DNA from: an uncultured Candidatus Rokubacteria bacterium | Lineage (GTDB): Bacteria > Methylomirabilota > Methylomirabilia > Rokubacteriales > DASRDR01 | Direction of reading: 5' to 3' | Assembly (NCBI GenBank): GCA_963826115.1 | Contig: CAWGVS010000005.1 | Coordinates: forward strand, 640,001 to 704,000 | DNA: 64,000 nucleotides | Shown: positions 31,792 to 41,657 of the stretch, in pieces | Numbering within the stretch: the stretch's first letter is position 1 | Layout of the letters: each line of letters opens with the position of its first letter | Position numbers and translations under genes: made by a program | The notes under the pieces: model-generated | Told to the model about the DNA's origin: nothing | Seen by the model: only the letters and a program-made list of their open reading frames with translations | Database searches by the model: none

Positions 31792-33792
31792 GTGCGACTG
31801 ATCATGACGCTCCTGGTCCGCGACGAGGCGGACATCATTCGCCAGAACGTGGCATTTCACCTCGAACAGGGCGTGGACTTCATCCTTGTGACGGACAACG
31901 GCTCCGTCGACGGGACGCGGGACATACTCGAGGACTTGAGTCGTACGGGTCCGGTGCGCGTCATCGACGAGCCGAGCCGTGACTTCGCGCAGGGACAGTG
32001 GGTCAGCCGGATGGCCCTGCTCGCTCGAGGACAGCACGCCGCCGATTGGATCCTCAACAGCGATGCCGACGAGTTCTGGCGCGCCTCCTCCGGTGATCTG
32101 AAGAGCACCCTGGCCGGGACACCCCCCGAGGCCGACGTCATCGTCTGCCCGCGGCGGCACATGCTTTTCCCGAGCAATCAGAGGTCTCGTGGCCCGTGGC
32201 ATCGGAACAGCCTCTACCGGGTGGCCCACCCCGTGCCGCTCCCGAGCCTGCGGGATCGGCTGACAGACCCGCTGCCAGCTCCTTACTTCTATCTGGATCT
32301 ACCCCCAAAGGTCCTGTGCCGGGCGCATGGTCTCAAGGCGGTACACGAGGGCAACCATTGGGCGGACTACGAGGCCGAAGTCCGCCCGGCGAGCGGATCC
32401 GTCCACGTGTACCACTTTCCGGTTCGGAGCTTCGCCCAGTTCGTGAGGAAGGTGCGGGCGGGGGGCGCCGCCTACGCGCGGAACACAGTGCTGTCCCCGT
32501 CGGTTGGCTGGCATTGGCGACGCTGGCACCGGATGCTGGTCGACGGCGACATCGAGCGGGCATTGGGGGAGGCCCTTCCGTCCGAGGCGCGGCTACTGAG
32601 GGACCTGGGGGTGGGCAGTGTCCTGATCGACAGGACCATGACGGACGATCTGGAGCGGCTTTCAGGCGAGCAGCCCGTGACGCCGGTAAGCGAGGTCCGG
32701 TCGAGTCGTGCCGGCCAGGTCCGGACCGGGGATCAGGATCCCGTCGAGGGCTCCGCGGTGTGCGTGCTGGGCATGCATCGGAGCGGCACATCCGTGCTCG
32801 CTCGGGTCCTGAACCTTCTTGGGGTGGATCTGGGACCCTCGCATTGCCTGATGAGTCCCGATCCGAACAATCCGGGGGGCTACTGGGAGCACCAGGGGCT
32901 TGTCGACATCAACGATGCCATTCTCCGGCGATTCGGGGGGAGCTGGGACCGGCCGCCGGTCTTCCCGTTCGGATGGGAGCGATCCGAGGGCCTCGCGGAC
33001 CTTCGCGCGTCTGCGCGCGAGCTGCTCCGAGACACGTTTGCTGACGCAGCGCTGTGGGGGTGGAAGGACCCGCGGACGTGTCTGACGCTCCCATTCTGGC
33101 AATCGCTGCTTCCACCGATGCGCCATGTGATCGCCCTCCGGAGCCCGCTCAGCGTGGCGCGCTCGCTCGAGCGTCGCGACGGCCTCTCGATGGAAGAGAG
33201 TGGCAGGTTGTGGCTGCGCTATGTGACCTCGGCTCTGATGCATACGCAAGGCCGGGCGAGGGTCATCGTGCCGTATGAGCGTCTCCTCGCTGAACCCGGG
33301 CGAGATGCGCGGCGCCTCGCGGATTTCATTGGTCGGTCCGCTGGGCTCACGCCGGAAATACGAGAGGTGATCGAGACGGCTGTCCGGCCCGACCTGTGCC
33401 ACCACGGCGCGTCGCTTCAAAAGACGCTTGGGAACGCCACTCTGCCATTCTCGGCGAGTGCTCTCTACGCCATGTTGTGCCTGCTCCTGCATGATGAGGG
33501 CGTCGCGATCGAGGAGGAGGATCCAGTCGACGTGGCCGTGAGCGCGGTGCAACGTGCGACCCGCATGGCTGACGGGAAGGACGTCGCCTTCCGGCAGCTG
33601 CAGGAGGAGCATTCGATGCTCGCGGCCGCACACCAGAAGCGTGGTGACACAGTGGCTCAACTGAGTGGCCATCCCGTCTGGCGGGGCTATCTACGTCTGC
33701 GGCGGGCCACGATCCCGCCGGGCTCAAGACGAGAGGCTGGCCTGAAAGTGGCCTGGCGATGGCTCCGGGCACGCTCACCGGAGCAGGGCTAG
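31792..33792 (+). CDS. GT2 (Glyco_tranf_2_4-like) - sulfotransferase fusion protein
   Basis: LLVRDEADII, TDNGSVDGT, NSDADEFW; C-terminal VLGMHRSGTS PAPS loop, GYWE, WGWKDPR; GGAGG RBS. Confidence 0.9.
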   Translation: MRLIMTLLVRDEADIIRQNVAFHLEQGVDFILVTDNGSVDGTRDILEDLSRTGPVRVIDEPSRDFAQGQWVSRMALLARGQHAADWILNSDADEFWRASSGDLKSTLAGTPPEADVIVCPRRHMLFPSNQRSRGPWHRNSLYRVAHPVPLPSLRDRLTDPLPAPYFYLDLPPKVLCRAHGLKAVHEGNHWADYEAEVRPASGSVHVYHFPVRSFAQFVRKVRAGGAAYARNTVLSPSVGWHWRRWHRMLVDGDIERALGEALPSEARLLRDLGVGSVLIDRTMTDDLERLSGEQPVTPVSEVRSSRAGQVRTGDQDPVEGSAVCVLGMHRSGTSVLARVLNLLGVDLGPSHCLMSPDPNNPGGYWEHQGLVDINDAILRRFGGSWDRPPVFPFGWERSEGLADLRASARELLRDTFADAALWGWKDPRTCLTLPFWQSLLPPMRHVIALRSPLSVARSLERRDGLSMEESGRLWLRYVTSALMHTQGRARVIVPYERLLAEPGRDARRLADFIGRSAGLTPEIREVIETAVRPDLCHHGASLQKTLGNATLPFSASALYAMLCLLLHDEGVAIEEEDPVDVAVSAVQRATRMADGKDVAFRQLQEEHSMLAAAHQKRGDTVAQLSGHPVWRGYLRLRRATIPPGSRREAGLKVAWRWLRARSPEQG

Positions 33793-34595
33793 TGTCGGAA
33801 CTCTACGCGGGCCGATACCTGTTCGTTATGGGATGCCCCCGCTCGGGTACCACGGCCCTGAAGACTTTGCTGAACGGTCACCAGGCGATTGCACTCGGCG
33901 AGGAGCGGTACGGCAGTCGTTACGACCACGCAGAATTCCTGGACCCGTCGCTATTCGAGGGTGATCGCTTCTTTCGGCTGATGGAGGGGGACACGTTCTA
34001 CCCGGATCTGGAGGCCGCGACCCCGGAGTTTGGTGCGCTCAAGTCCCGATACGGCGAAGCGCAATACCGCGGTGACAAGATCCCGTTCCTGTATCGGTAC
34101 CTGCCACGGCTGCTGGACACGTTTCAGGCGCGCGCGCGAGTCGTCGTCAGCATTCGTAACATCTTCGACGTCGCCGACTCGTATAACCGACGTGCGGACA
34201 ACCCGGCGGACCTGACGTGGGAGTCGGGGAGAGCGAACTCGGCGGTCGCGCACTGGAACGAGGCGATCGAGGCGGCCCTTACCCACGGCGTGGATCCGCG
34301 GATCCTGCTCGTTCGATACGAGGAGCTGTTCCAGGCCGGTCGGGGTTTGAAGGCGCTGTTCAGCTTCCTGGATCTCGAGCTGACGAGCGACGTGTTGGCC
34401 GCGCATCGACGGCTGCTCGCGGAATCGATCGCTCTGGACTACGATCGGCAGCCCACGTTGAGTTACGACGAGATCGACGACATCCGGAAGCGTGCCGACT
34501 TCCCAGGCTACCGCGAGGTCCTCGAGCGATGCCGCCGGTCTCTGTCGGACGACGTGACGGAGCCCGAGCCGATGACCGAAGGATCGAGGCCCTGA
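33792..34595 (+). CDS. sulfotransferase family protein
   Basis: FVMGCPRSGTTAL PAPS loop, GDKIP, IRNIFDVADS, VRYEEL; GTG overlaps the upstream stop. Confidence 0.88.
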   Translation: MSELYAGRYLFVMGCPRSGTTALKTLLNGHQAIALGEERYGSRYDHAEFLDPSLFEGDRFFRLMEGDTFYPDLEAATPEFGALKSRYGEAQYRGDKIPFLYRYLPRLLDTFQARARVVVSIRNIFDVADSYNRRADNPADLTWESGRANSAVAHWNEAIEAALTHGVDPRILLVRYEELFQAGRGLKALFSFLDLELTSDVLAAHRRLLAESIALDYDRQPTLSYDEIDDIRKRADFPGYREVLERCRRSLSDDVTEPEPMTEGSRP

Positions 34596-34616
34596 AGGCC
34601 AGCCCCGAAGCGGTCG

Positions 34617-35696
34617 TCAGATGGTCCCGGCCGGGAGGCGCGCTCTCAGACCGGCCGAGATCTCTCGAGCGATGGCGTCCAGGTCGTAGGACGGCTGCCA
34701 TTCGGGGTAGAGCGAGCGGAACTTGCGGGTGTCGCTGATCCACCAGATGTGGTCGCCGATCCGATTCGTCTCGTCGTAGGACCAGGCCAGGGGACGGTCG
34801 GCGACCTTCTCCGCGAGGTCGATGGCCTCGAGCATCGAGCAGTTCACCGCGCGGCCACCCCCCATGTTGAAGACCTCACCGACCCGTGGCCGCTGGAAGA
34901 ACGACCAGAACGCCTCGACCAGGTCCCGGGCGTGGAGGTTGTCGCGGACCTGCTTGCCCTTGTACCCGTACACGACGTACGGCGCGCCGGTCAGCGCGCA
35001 CTTGATCAGGTACGCGAGGAACCCGTGCGCCGGCGTGGCGGCGTGGCCGGAGCCGGTCAGACATCCACCTCGGAAGCAGGCCGTCTTCAGGCCAAAGTAG
35101 CGCCCGTATTCCTGCACCAGGAGGTCCGCGGCGGTCTTGGAGACTCCGAACAGGCTGTGCAAGCACGTGTCGATCGACATCGTCTCGTCGATGCCGTGCG
35201 CAGCAAACGGATGCTCCGCGGAAACCTCGTAGCGGGTGCGCCCCTCGACGAAGGGCAGGGAGTTAGGCCGCGCACCGTACACCTTGTTCGTGCTGGCGAA
35301 GATGAAGACCGCCTCTGGGGCGTGAGCGCGGGTGGCTTCCAGGAGGATCAGGGTGCCGGTGGCGTTCACGGCGAAGTCGATCATCGGCGCCTGGGCGGCC
35401 CAGTCGTGGGACGGCTGGCCGGCGCAGTGGATGACCCCCGCGATGTCGCGCCCGTATCGCCGGAACTCCGCGCTGCATGGCCGCATCGTTCCCGGATGTC
35501 GGCATCGACGTGGCGGTAGCGGGGGACCGTCCGCTCGAGGGCCTGGTTGCTGCCACCGCGTGGTGCCGGTCTCGCCGAAGAAGACGCGCCGCAGGTCGTT
35601 GTCGATGCCGACCGCCTCAAGACCGCGGTCCGCGAACAGCCGGACCGCCTCGGCGCCGACGAGCCCGGCGGAGCCAGTGATCAGGACGACACTCAC
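34617..35696 (-). CDS. NAD-dependent epimerase/dehydratase (CDP-paratose 2-epimerase-like); three apparent +1 indels near 35470-35550 with the net frame preserved
   Basis: ITGSAGLVG, CAGQPSHD, STNKVYG, SLFGVSK, GYKGKQVRDN. Confidence 0.85.
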   Translation of the reverse strand: MSVVLITGSAGLVGAEAVRLFADRGLEAVGIDNDLRRVFFGETGTTRWQQPGPRADGPPLPPRRCRHPGTMRPCSAEFRRYGRDIAGVIHCAGQPSHDWAAQAPMIDFAVNATGTLILLEATRAHAPEAVFIFASTNKVYGARPNSLPFVEGRTRYEVSAEHPFAAHGIDETMSIDTCLHSLFGVSKTAADLLVQEYGRYFGLKTACFRGGCLTGSGHAATPAHGFLAYLIKCALTGAPYVVYGYKGKQVRDNLHARDLVEAFWSFFQRPRVGEVFNMGGGRAVNCSMLEAIDLAEKVADRPLAWSYDETNRIGDHIWWISDTRKFRSLYPEWQPSYDLDAIAREISAGLRARLPAGTI

Positions 35697-35712
35697 GACG
35701 CGACCTTGCCAG

Positions 35713-36552
35713 TCATGCCGCGGGGTGCGTCTCTCCGCGCGAGGCGGTCGAGGCCTCGGATCCCGGCGTCGGGGGAAGGGAAGGCGACTCGCCCGCGTCC
35801 CGGCGGTAGTCGCCACGGCTGAGCATCTTCTCGAGCCAGACGTACAGGCACATGAAGAGGTAGCGGCTCCCCATCTCGTTGATCTTGAGCTTCGAGTCGC
35901 CGAGGCGGCGGTTCCGCCAGGTGATCGGCATCACGGTCCAGGAGTAGCCGCGGACGATGGCCTTGAGCGGCAGCTCGACCGTGAGATTGAAATGCGGGGA
36001 GATGAGCGGCCGGCAGCCGTCGATCGCGGAGCGCCGGTAGGCCTTGAAGGCGTTGGTCGTGTCGTTCAGCCGGATGCGGAACATGACGCGCAGGAAGAGG
36101 TTCGCGAAGCGGTTCAGCCAGAGTTTCGGGAGGGGATAGTCGATCACCCCGCCACCCGGATGAAGCGGCTGCCGAACACGCAGTCCCACCCCTCGTTCAG
36201 CATCTTCCAGTAGCGGACCACGTCGCGGCAGTCGTCGGACTCGTCGGCCATCATGATGACGACGGCGTCGCCCTGCGCGTGGTCGAGGCCACAGACCACG
36301 GCGCGGCCGAAGCCGTGCCGCGCCGGCGTTCTGGACGGGCAGGAGCTCCGCGATCCGGTCGCGCAAGTCCTGCAGGATCGCCCACGTCTGGTCCGTGCTT
36401 CCGTCGTCCACGACCACGATCTCGTGGGGAATTCGCTGGAGGGCGAGCTCGAGGTGCAGGTGCTCCACGGTCGAAGCGATGGACCCCGCCTCGTCGCGCG
36501 CGGGAATCACGACGCTGAGCAATGACAGCCGGGAGGGCTCGGCGTCCGGCAT
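35713..36552 (-). CDS. polyprenol-phosphate glycosyltransferase (DPM1-like GT2); compensating frameshifts at ~36321 and ~36157
   Basis: VVIPARDE, VVDDGSTD; core HGFGRAV...MMADESDD...FGSRF lies in the shifted frame; DTTNAFKAYR. Confidence 0.82.
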   Translation of the reverse strand: MPDAEPSRLSLLSVVIPARDEAGSIASTVEHLHLELALQRIPHEIVVVDDGSTDQTWAILQDLRDRIAELLPVQNAGAARLRPRRGLWPRPRAGRRRRHHDGRRVRRLPRRGPLLEDAERGVGLRVRQPLHPGGGVIDYPLPKLWLNRFANLFLRVMFRIRLNDTTNAFKAYRRSAIDGCRPLISPHFNLTVELPLKAIVRGYSWTVMPITWRNRRLGDSKLKINEMGSRYLFMCLYVWLEKMLSRGDYRRDAGESPSLPPTPGSEASTASRGETHPAA

Positions 36553-36603
36553 CCCAGCCCCCCTATCTGAGTGTCCCGTCGCGGCACGACATGGTTGAGC
36601 TCA

Positions 36604-37674
36604 TCACGGGCGCGTCATCTCCAGCCATTGCGGCTCCGCTTCGGCGAAAGCGGCGATCTCGTCGAAGATCGACGAGAGGGAGCGAGAGGGGGACCAGCCC
36701 CAGAGCTGGGCGGCACGCGAGTTGTCCATCACGACCCAGGGCACGTCACGGGGCCCGGTGTCGGGCTGCCGGCTCACGCTCCGCGGCCCGAACCGGTCGG
36801 CGCACCACGCGCTCAGCTCCGCCAGGGACACCGAGCCGCTCAGGCCCCCGCCGACGTTGCAGACTCTCGGGCAGTCCGATCGCGGAGACCGGATCTGGTG
36901 GGCCGTCAGCGCCGCCAGGTCAGCGGGGTGGAGGATGTCGCGCACCTGCCACCCATGCCCCCCGAATCCGGTGTACCGCAGCGTGCTCTCCGCTCGCCAC
37001 GCATGGATCCAGTAGGAATACACTCCCTGGTCGGCCGTTCCGAACTGGCCCGCCCCGGCCATCACCCCGCACCGGTTGATCCAGACCGGGAACGAGCCGG
37101 CGTCCCCGTATTCGAGGGCGAGGCACTCGGATGCGAGCTTGGTGCCGCCATACAGGGAGATGGGCGCGGCGGTGGAGAAGTCCTCACCCAGGCCTCGCGA
37201 GCTGACACCGGCCGGGAGTGGGCCCGCGCTCGCCCCGAGCGTGAAGCGGGATCCCATCGGGACGAGCGGCAATGCCGCAAGGGCTCGGATGGAGTACACG
37301 CGGCTCGTGCTGAGCAAGATCAGTCCCGCCCGGGTCCGGCGGCAGTACTCGAGCACGTTGACGGATCCCAGGAGATTGTGCTCGACGAGCTGCCGGGACG
37401 TCGAGCGCCCGTCCGTTCCGGCGTGCACGCTGGGATTGGCGGCGGCATCGATGACCCAGTCCGCCTCCGGCAGCTGCTCGAGGTCGCTGGCGCACCGGAT
37501 GTCTCCGTGAAAGACGCGGATGCCCAGGGACCGGAGCCGCGAGCGATTCCGTTCACTGCCCGGCCGAACGAGCGAGTCGATGCCGAACACGTCCAGGGAC
37601 TCGATCGCGCCTCCAAGAGCCATCGCCACGGTGCTTCCCACGAACCCGCAGATTCCGGTGACGAGGATCCTCAT
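36604..37674 (-). CDS. NAD-dependent epimerase/dehydratase (CDP-paratose 2-epimerase-like)
   Basis: VTGICGFVG, AAANPSV, STSRVY, SLYGGTK (YxxxK), QVRDILH. Confidence 0.9.
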   Translation of the reverse strand: MRILVTGICGFVGSTVAMALGGAIESLDVFGIDSLVRPGSERNRSRLRSLGIRVFHGDIRCASDLEQLPEADWVIDAAANPSVHAGTDGRSTSRQLVEHNLLGSVNVLEYCRRTRAGLILLSTSRVYSIRALAALPLVPMGSRFTLGASAGPLPAGVSSRGLGEDFSTAAPISLYGGTKLASECLALEYGDAGSFPVWINRCGVMAGAGQFGTADQGVYSYWIHAWRAESTLRYTGFGGHGWQVRDILHPADLAALTAHQIRSPRSDCPRVCNVGGGLSGSVSLAELSAWCADRFGPRSVSRQPDTGPRDVPWVVMDNSRAAQLWGWSPSRSLSSIFDEIAAFAEAEPQWLEMTRP

Positions 37675-37725
37675 GGGAATCCGGGAATCGCTGTGGCCTC
37701 GATCACGGGGTGGGGACGCATCGAG

Positions 37726-38391
37726 TCACTCTTCGCCCGGCTTCGTCGCTACGAGCCAGGTCTGCTTGCCCAGGATCCACCACGCCGGCCGCATCGCGAG
37801 ATAGAGGCGCACCAGGGCGGGGGAGATCGGGAGCCCGCCTCGCGTGGAATAGGGCAGAAAGCGGGGAATCAACTCGCGGATCTCGAAGCCGATACTGCGG
37901 CAGGCCTCCACGAGCGTTCGATCGGTGAGCGGCAGGTGATGGTCGACGAAGTCCCAATAGGCGCCGCCGACGAGCCGGATGTTAGGCTGCAGGACCAGCA
38001 ACCGTCCGTTAGGAGCGAGCACGGTCCAGATCTCGCGGAGGGTGGCGAGGAAGGTGGCGGTGTCCGGGAGATGCTCGAACACGTTGCTGCAGAAGACGAC
38101 ATCGACCGAGCCAAGCGGGACGTGCCGCGTGAGGTGATGGCCGGGAGCGGTGACCTCCAGGGTGCCGTCCGGAAGCGTGCGCCCCGGATGCTTCTCGACG
38201 TCGACCGCGATCCGCTTGCCGCAATCGATGTGACGGAGGAACTCGCCGAGACCCGACCCCAGGTCGAGCAGCACGTCGTCACGATGGACGTAGCGTTGAA
38301 AGAAATGGCGGCACAGAGTTCGCCAGATGGCGTCGCGGGCCGCCCTGTCCTTCTCGGGGAACCGCGTCGCGTAGAGGGTCGCTTCGGTCAT
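37726..38391 (-). CDS. class I SAM-dependent methyltransferase
   Basis: LLDLGSGLG motif I, DVVFCSNVFEHL, LAPNGRLL. Confidence 0.9.
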   Translation of the reverse strand: MTEATLYATRFPEKDRAARDAIWRTLCRHFFQRYVHRDDVLLDLGSGLGEFLRHIDCGKRIAVDVEKHPGRTLPDGTLEVTAPGHHLTRHVPLGSVDVVFCSNVFEHLPDTATFLATLREIWTVLAPNGRLLVLQPNIRLVGGAYWDFVDHHLPLTDRTLVEACRSIGFEIRELIPRFLPYSTRGGLPISPALVRLYLAMRPAWWILGKQTWLVATKPGEE

Positions 38392-38727
38392 GGGACCGGG
38401 GCCGTGGGTCGGGCGGCCGGTCGGCGCCCAGGCACGCCGGGCCCGCTCCGCAGTTCAAGCGGAGGGCACTCAGTTGATGGGTATCGTGGCAAGATCAAGC
38501 CTTGTCATCTCCGACCAGGCCAACCCTTCCGGAGAGGGATGCTAGCACGATCACGGGCCGTGCCGACTGGAAAGCGTGAGACCGGGTGCGGAGGGCGGCG
38601 TGGCGACGGTCATCCCTGACGCTGCCCGATCGGACCGCGCAGGACGAGGGGCCAGCGGTTTGAGGCCAACCTGGTCAGCTGGCCTCTTGGGGCCCCCAGA
38701 AGGGCATGTGGTGGCTGCCCGCCGCCG

Positions 38728-40626
38728 ATGACTGGCGTGAAAGACACCGTCCTGCGCGCGTCTGTCCCACTGCTCGGCCACGGCTCCGGTGCCGGCGGCG
38801 CCCTCTTTAACATCGCCGCCACCGTGGTGCTCTGGCTCGGTTTGATCTCGCTGCCGTCCGTGCCGAGCCCCGATCTGGATACGTCGTGGCAGCTCACGCT
38901 GCATCACGCGTGGGTTCGGAATCTCGCCTTCGGTCGGGACATCATCTTCACGTACGGCCCTTGGGGCTGGCTGAACACCAGGACGTACCATCCGGCGACG
39001 TTCACCGCGCATGTTGTCTGGAAGCTCGGCTGGGCGGCGCTCTGTGCGGCGCTGATCATGATGGTCGCCGGGCGGCTGTCGTGGCCCCGCCGTCTCGCGC
39101 TCTTCGCCGCGGCGCTGCTTGCCCTGCCGGCATACGCGGACGTGTGGTCGATGCTGGTGATCGGCGGGGTGATGCTGTGGCTGGCGAGCACGGAGAGCGT
39201 CACTGCGCGTCGACTGATCGCGGTGGGCGGCCTGCTCGGGTTCCTCGCGCTGCAGAAGTTCACCGCGTCCACGATGACCGTGCTGGGGGCCGGTGTGGTC
39301 TGCCTCGAGCTGTCGCGCCGTCGCGACTGGCGCGCGATCGGCTGGCTGGCCGGCAGCCTCACGGTCAGCGTCGCCGCCTGGTGGCTGGTCGCCGGCCAGA
39401 CCCTGTCCCTGTTCCCATGGTTTCTCGGGGGCAGTGTCGAGATGGCCGCCGGATACACCGACGCGATGTTCCTGGACGAGCCACCCGCCGTGTTCCGCCT
39501 CGGTCTGATCACGGGACTAACCTACCTCTGCGTGGTCTGGGGCTGGCCCCGCCGCCAGAGCCTCCCGGTCTCTTTCCTATTGACCGTGCTCGGAGTCTTG
39601 CTGTGGAAGCAGTACTTCGTCAGGGCGGACGCACACGTGCTCGGCTTCTTCTTCGCGATGCTATTCGCCGGGATCACCGCGCCACTGTTCGGTGACCCGG
39701 GCATGCCGCGCCGGCTGACATCGTGGGCGCTCTGCCTCCTTGCAGTGTGGGGCGCAGTCCAGGTTCCGCGGGTGGCAGAGGTTGGCTCGAGGCTCCCGCA
39801 TCGTCTGGTGGAGAATGTCCGCCGGCTCATCGCGCTGCGCGAGTATCGCCATGGGCTCGAGCGCGACATCATGGAGGCCGCGGCCGCTATTTATGTTCCG
39901 GCCATTCGGGCCCACGTGGGTCAAGCTCGCGTCGATCAGTTCGGCCACGAGCAGACCACGCTGCTCTGGAACGACCTGAACTACGCACCCCGCCCGGTCC
40001 CGCAGAGCTACGCGGCGTATTCCGGGCCTCTGGCGGCGCGCAACGAGGAATACTACCGATCGACGGGCGCGCCTGACTTCACGCTGGCGAAGCTCCAGAC
40101 GATCGATGGCCGCCTGCCCTCGCTGGACGACGCGGTGCTCCTGCCGCGGCTCGTCACCGATCACCAGCCCGTCCTTCTGGAAAACGGTATCCTGCTTCTG
40201 CGGCGCCGGAAGGAGGCCGCTACGCTGGCGCTCGAGCCGCGGGCCTCTGGCACGATTGCGTTCGGCGTCGAGTATCCCGTTCCCGGCGGGGCCGGAGCCG
40301 TCTGGGTGCGCCTCGATGTCCGGCTTTCCTGGCTCGGAGCGCTCCGGACGCTCCTGTACAAGCCCCCCAGCGTCTGGCTCGCGATCCGTGACGAGGGGGG
40401 GGCGGTTCGCCGGTTTCGCCTAGTCCGGGCGGCGGCGCGGGCGGGCTTTCTGCTGAGCCCCCTCCTGCTCGACACCGCCGACCTCGAGCGCCTCGTGACG
40501 ACGCGCACGGGGCGCACGGTGCGGAGCGTCTGGCTGGAGGTGCACCCTCGCGACAGGCGATTCTTTCGCCGGAGCGTCCGCTACGAGCTCGCGGCGCTCC
40601 CGGCCTTGAGCGCGGTGAGCCGGTGA
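38728..40626 (+). CDS. polytopic membrane protein, putative GT-C-fold glycosyltransferase
   Basis: LDTSW...FGRDIIFTYGPWG first-loop motif, about 10 TM segments, C-terminal soluble domain (PRPVPQSYAAY, IDGRLP). Confidence 0.65.
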   Translation: MTGVKDTVLRASVPLLGHGSGAGGALFNIAATVVLWLGLISLPSVPSPDLDTSWQLTLHHAWVRNLAFGRDIIFTYGPWGWLNTRTYHPATFTAHVVWKLGWAALCAALIMMVAGRLSWPRRLALFAAALLALPAYADVWSMLVIGGVMLWLASTESVTARRLIAVGGLLGFLALQKFTASTMTVLGAGVVCLELSRRRDWRAIGWLAGSLTVSVAAWWLVAGQTLSLFPWFLGGSVEMAAGYTDAMFLDEPPAVFRLGLITGLTYLCVVWGWPRRQSLPVSFLLTVLGVLLWKQYFVRADAHVLGFFFAMLFAGITAPLFGDPGMPRRLTSWALCLLAVWGAVQVPRVAEVGSRLPHRLVENVRRLIALREYRHGLERDIMEAAAAIYVPAIRAHVGQARVDQFGHEQTTLLWNDLNYAPRPVPQSYAAYSGPLAARNEEYYRSTGAPDFTLAKLQTIDGRLPSLDDAVLLPRLVTDHQPVLLENGILLLRRRKEAATLALEPRASGTIAFGVEYPVPGGAGAVWVRLDVRLSWLGALRTLLYKPPSVWLAIRDEGGAVRRFRLVRAAARAGFLLSPLLLDTADLERLVTTRTGRTVRSVWLEVHPRDRRFFRRSVRYELAALPALSAVSR

Positions 40627-41636
40627 GTGTCCTCTTCCTCCTCACGACGCCGCCGCCCGTGATGCCGGGCACGGACGCCGTCGTGCAGGAGGTGGAGCTC
40701 CTGCGGTCCCGGTTCGGCGGCGATGTGGTCTGGCTGCGACCGAGCTGGCGCGCGCGGGCCTGGTATCCGACCTCCCTCCTCGGGCTCCACCGATGGCGCG
40801 CGTTGCGGCGTGGCGACGGCCAGGTCGATGTCTGTCACGTGTATGCCCCCCAGCTCTTCCACCTGCCGGTGCTGCGGGCCGTCACGCGCCCGATCGTGTA
40901 CACGGTCACATCGGGGGTCGGGCCCGACGGCGGGATCCCGCCCCTGTCGGACCTCCGGCGACTGGGGGCGATCGTCGTGCCGAGCCGGGCAGACCTGGAG
41001 ATCCTGACCGCGCGGGGGCTCCGGAACGTGAAGGTCATCGTTCCGGGGATCGACGTGGGCGCCTTCGTCGACGGCCCCAGTCCGCCGGGTCCAGAATTCG
41101 TCCTGCTTGCCGGTTCCGCGCCGTGGGCGCCCCAGCACTTCCAGACCAAGGGTGTGGATGCCTTGCTGGACGTTGCCCGGGCAACGCCGGATCTCAGGCT
41201 CGTCTTCCTCTGGCGCGGCGTGCTGCTGCCGGACCTGATCGCTCGGGTGGAGCGCCTCGGCTTCGCCGAGCGCGTCGAGATCCTGCGTGATCGCGTCGAC
41301 GTGAGCCGAGTGCTGGTTCGCGTCCACGCGGCGGTGGTGCTTGCGGCCGGTCCGGGGCTGGTTCGGGCCTATCCCCACTCGCTCCTGGAGGCGCTCGCGG
41401 CGGGACGGCCGGTCATCATCAGCGACGGGAATCCGATGGCGGAGTACGTCCGGGCGACGGAGTGCGGCCGAGTCGTCCCGGGCGTCGACGCCGGCGCCCT
41501 CGGCGAAGCCGTCCGCGCGGTGCGAGGGAGCTACGAGCGTTACCGGGCGCGCGCCCGCGAGGTCGGGAAGCGCGACTTCTCGCAGGAGCGGCTGGTTGCC
41601 GAGTACGGCGCCCTGTACGGCGCGCTCACGCACTGA
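40623..41636 (+). CDS. glycosyltransferase family 4
   Basis: PGIDV, KGVDALL, YPHSLLEALAAGRPVIIS. Confidence 0.88.
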   Translation: MSVLFLLTTPPPVMPGTDAVVQEVELLRSRFGGDVVWLRPSWRARAWYPTSLLGLHRWRALRRGDGQVDVCHVYAPQLFHLPVLRAVTRPIVYTVTSGVGPDGGIPPLSDLRRLGAIVVPSRADLEILTARGLRNVKVIVPGIDVGAFVDGPSPPGPEFVLLAGSAPWAPQHFQTKGVDALLDVARATPDLRLVFLWRGVLLPDLIARVERLGFAERVEILRDRVDVSRVLVRVHAAVVLAAGPGLVRAYPHSLLEALAAGRPVIISDGNPMAEYVRATECGRVVPGVDAGALGEAVRAVRGSYERYRARAREVGKRDFSQERLVAEYGALYGALTH

Positions 41637-41657
41637 GGCGCGCCCGTCCGAATCGCC

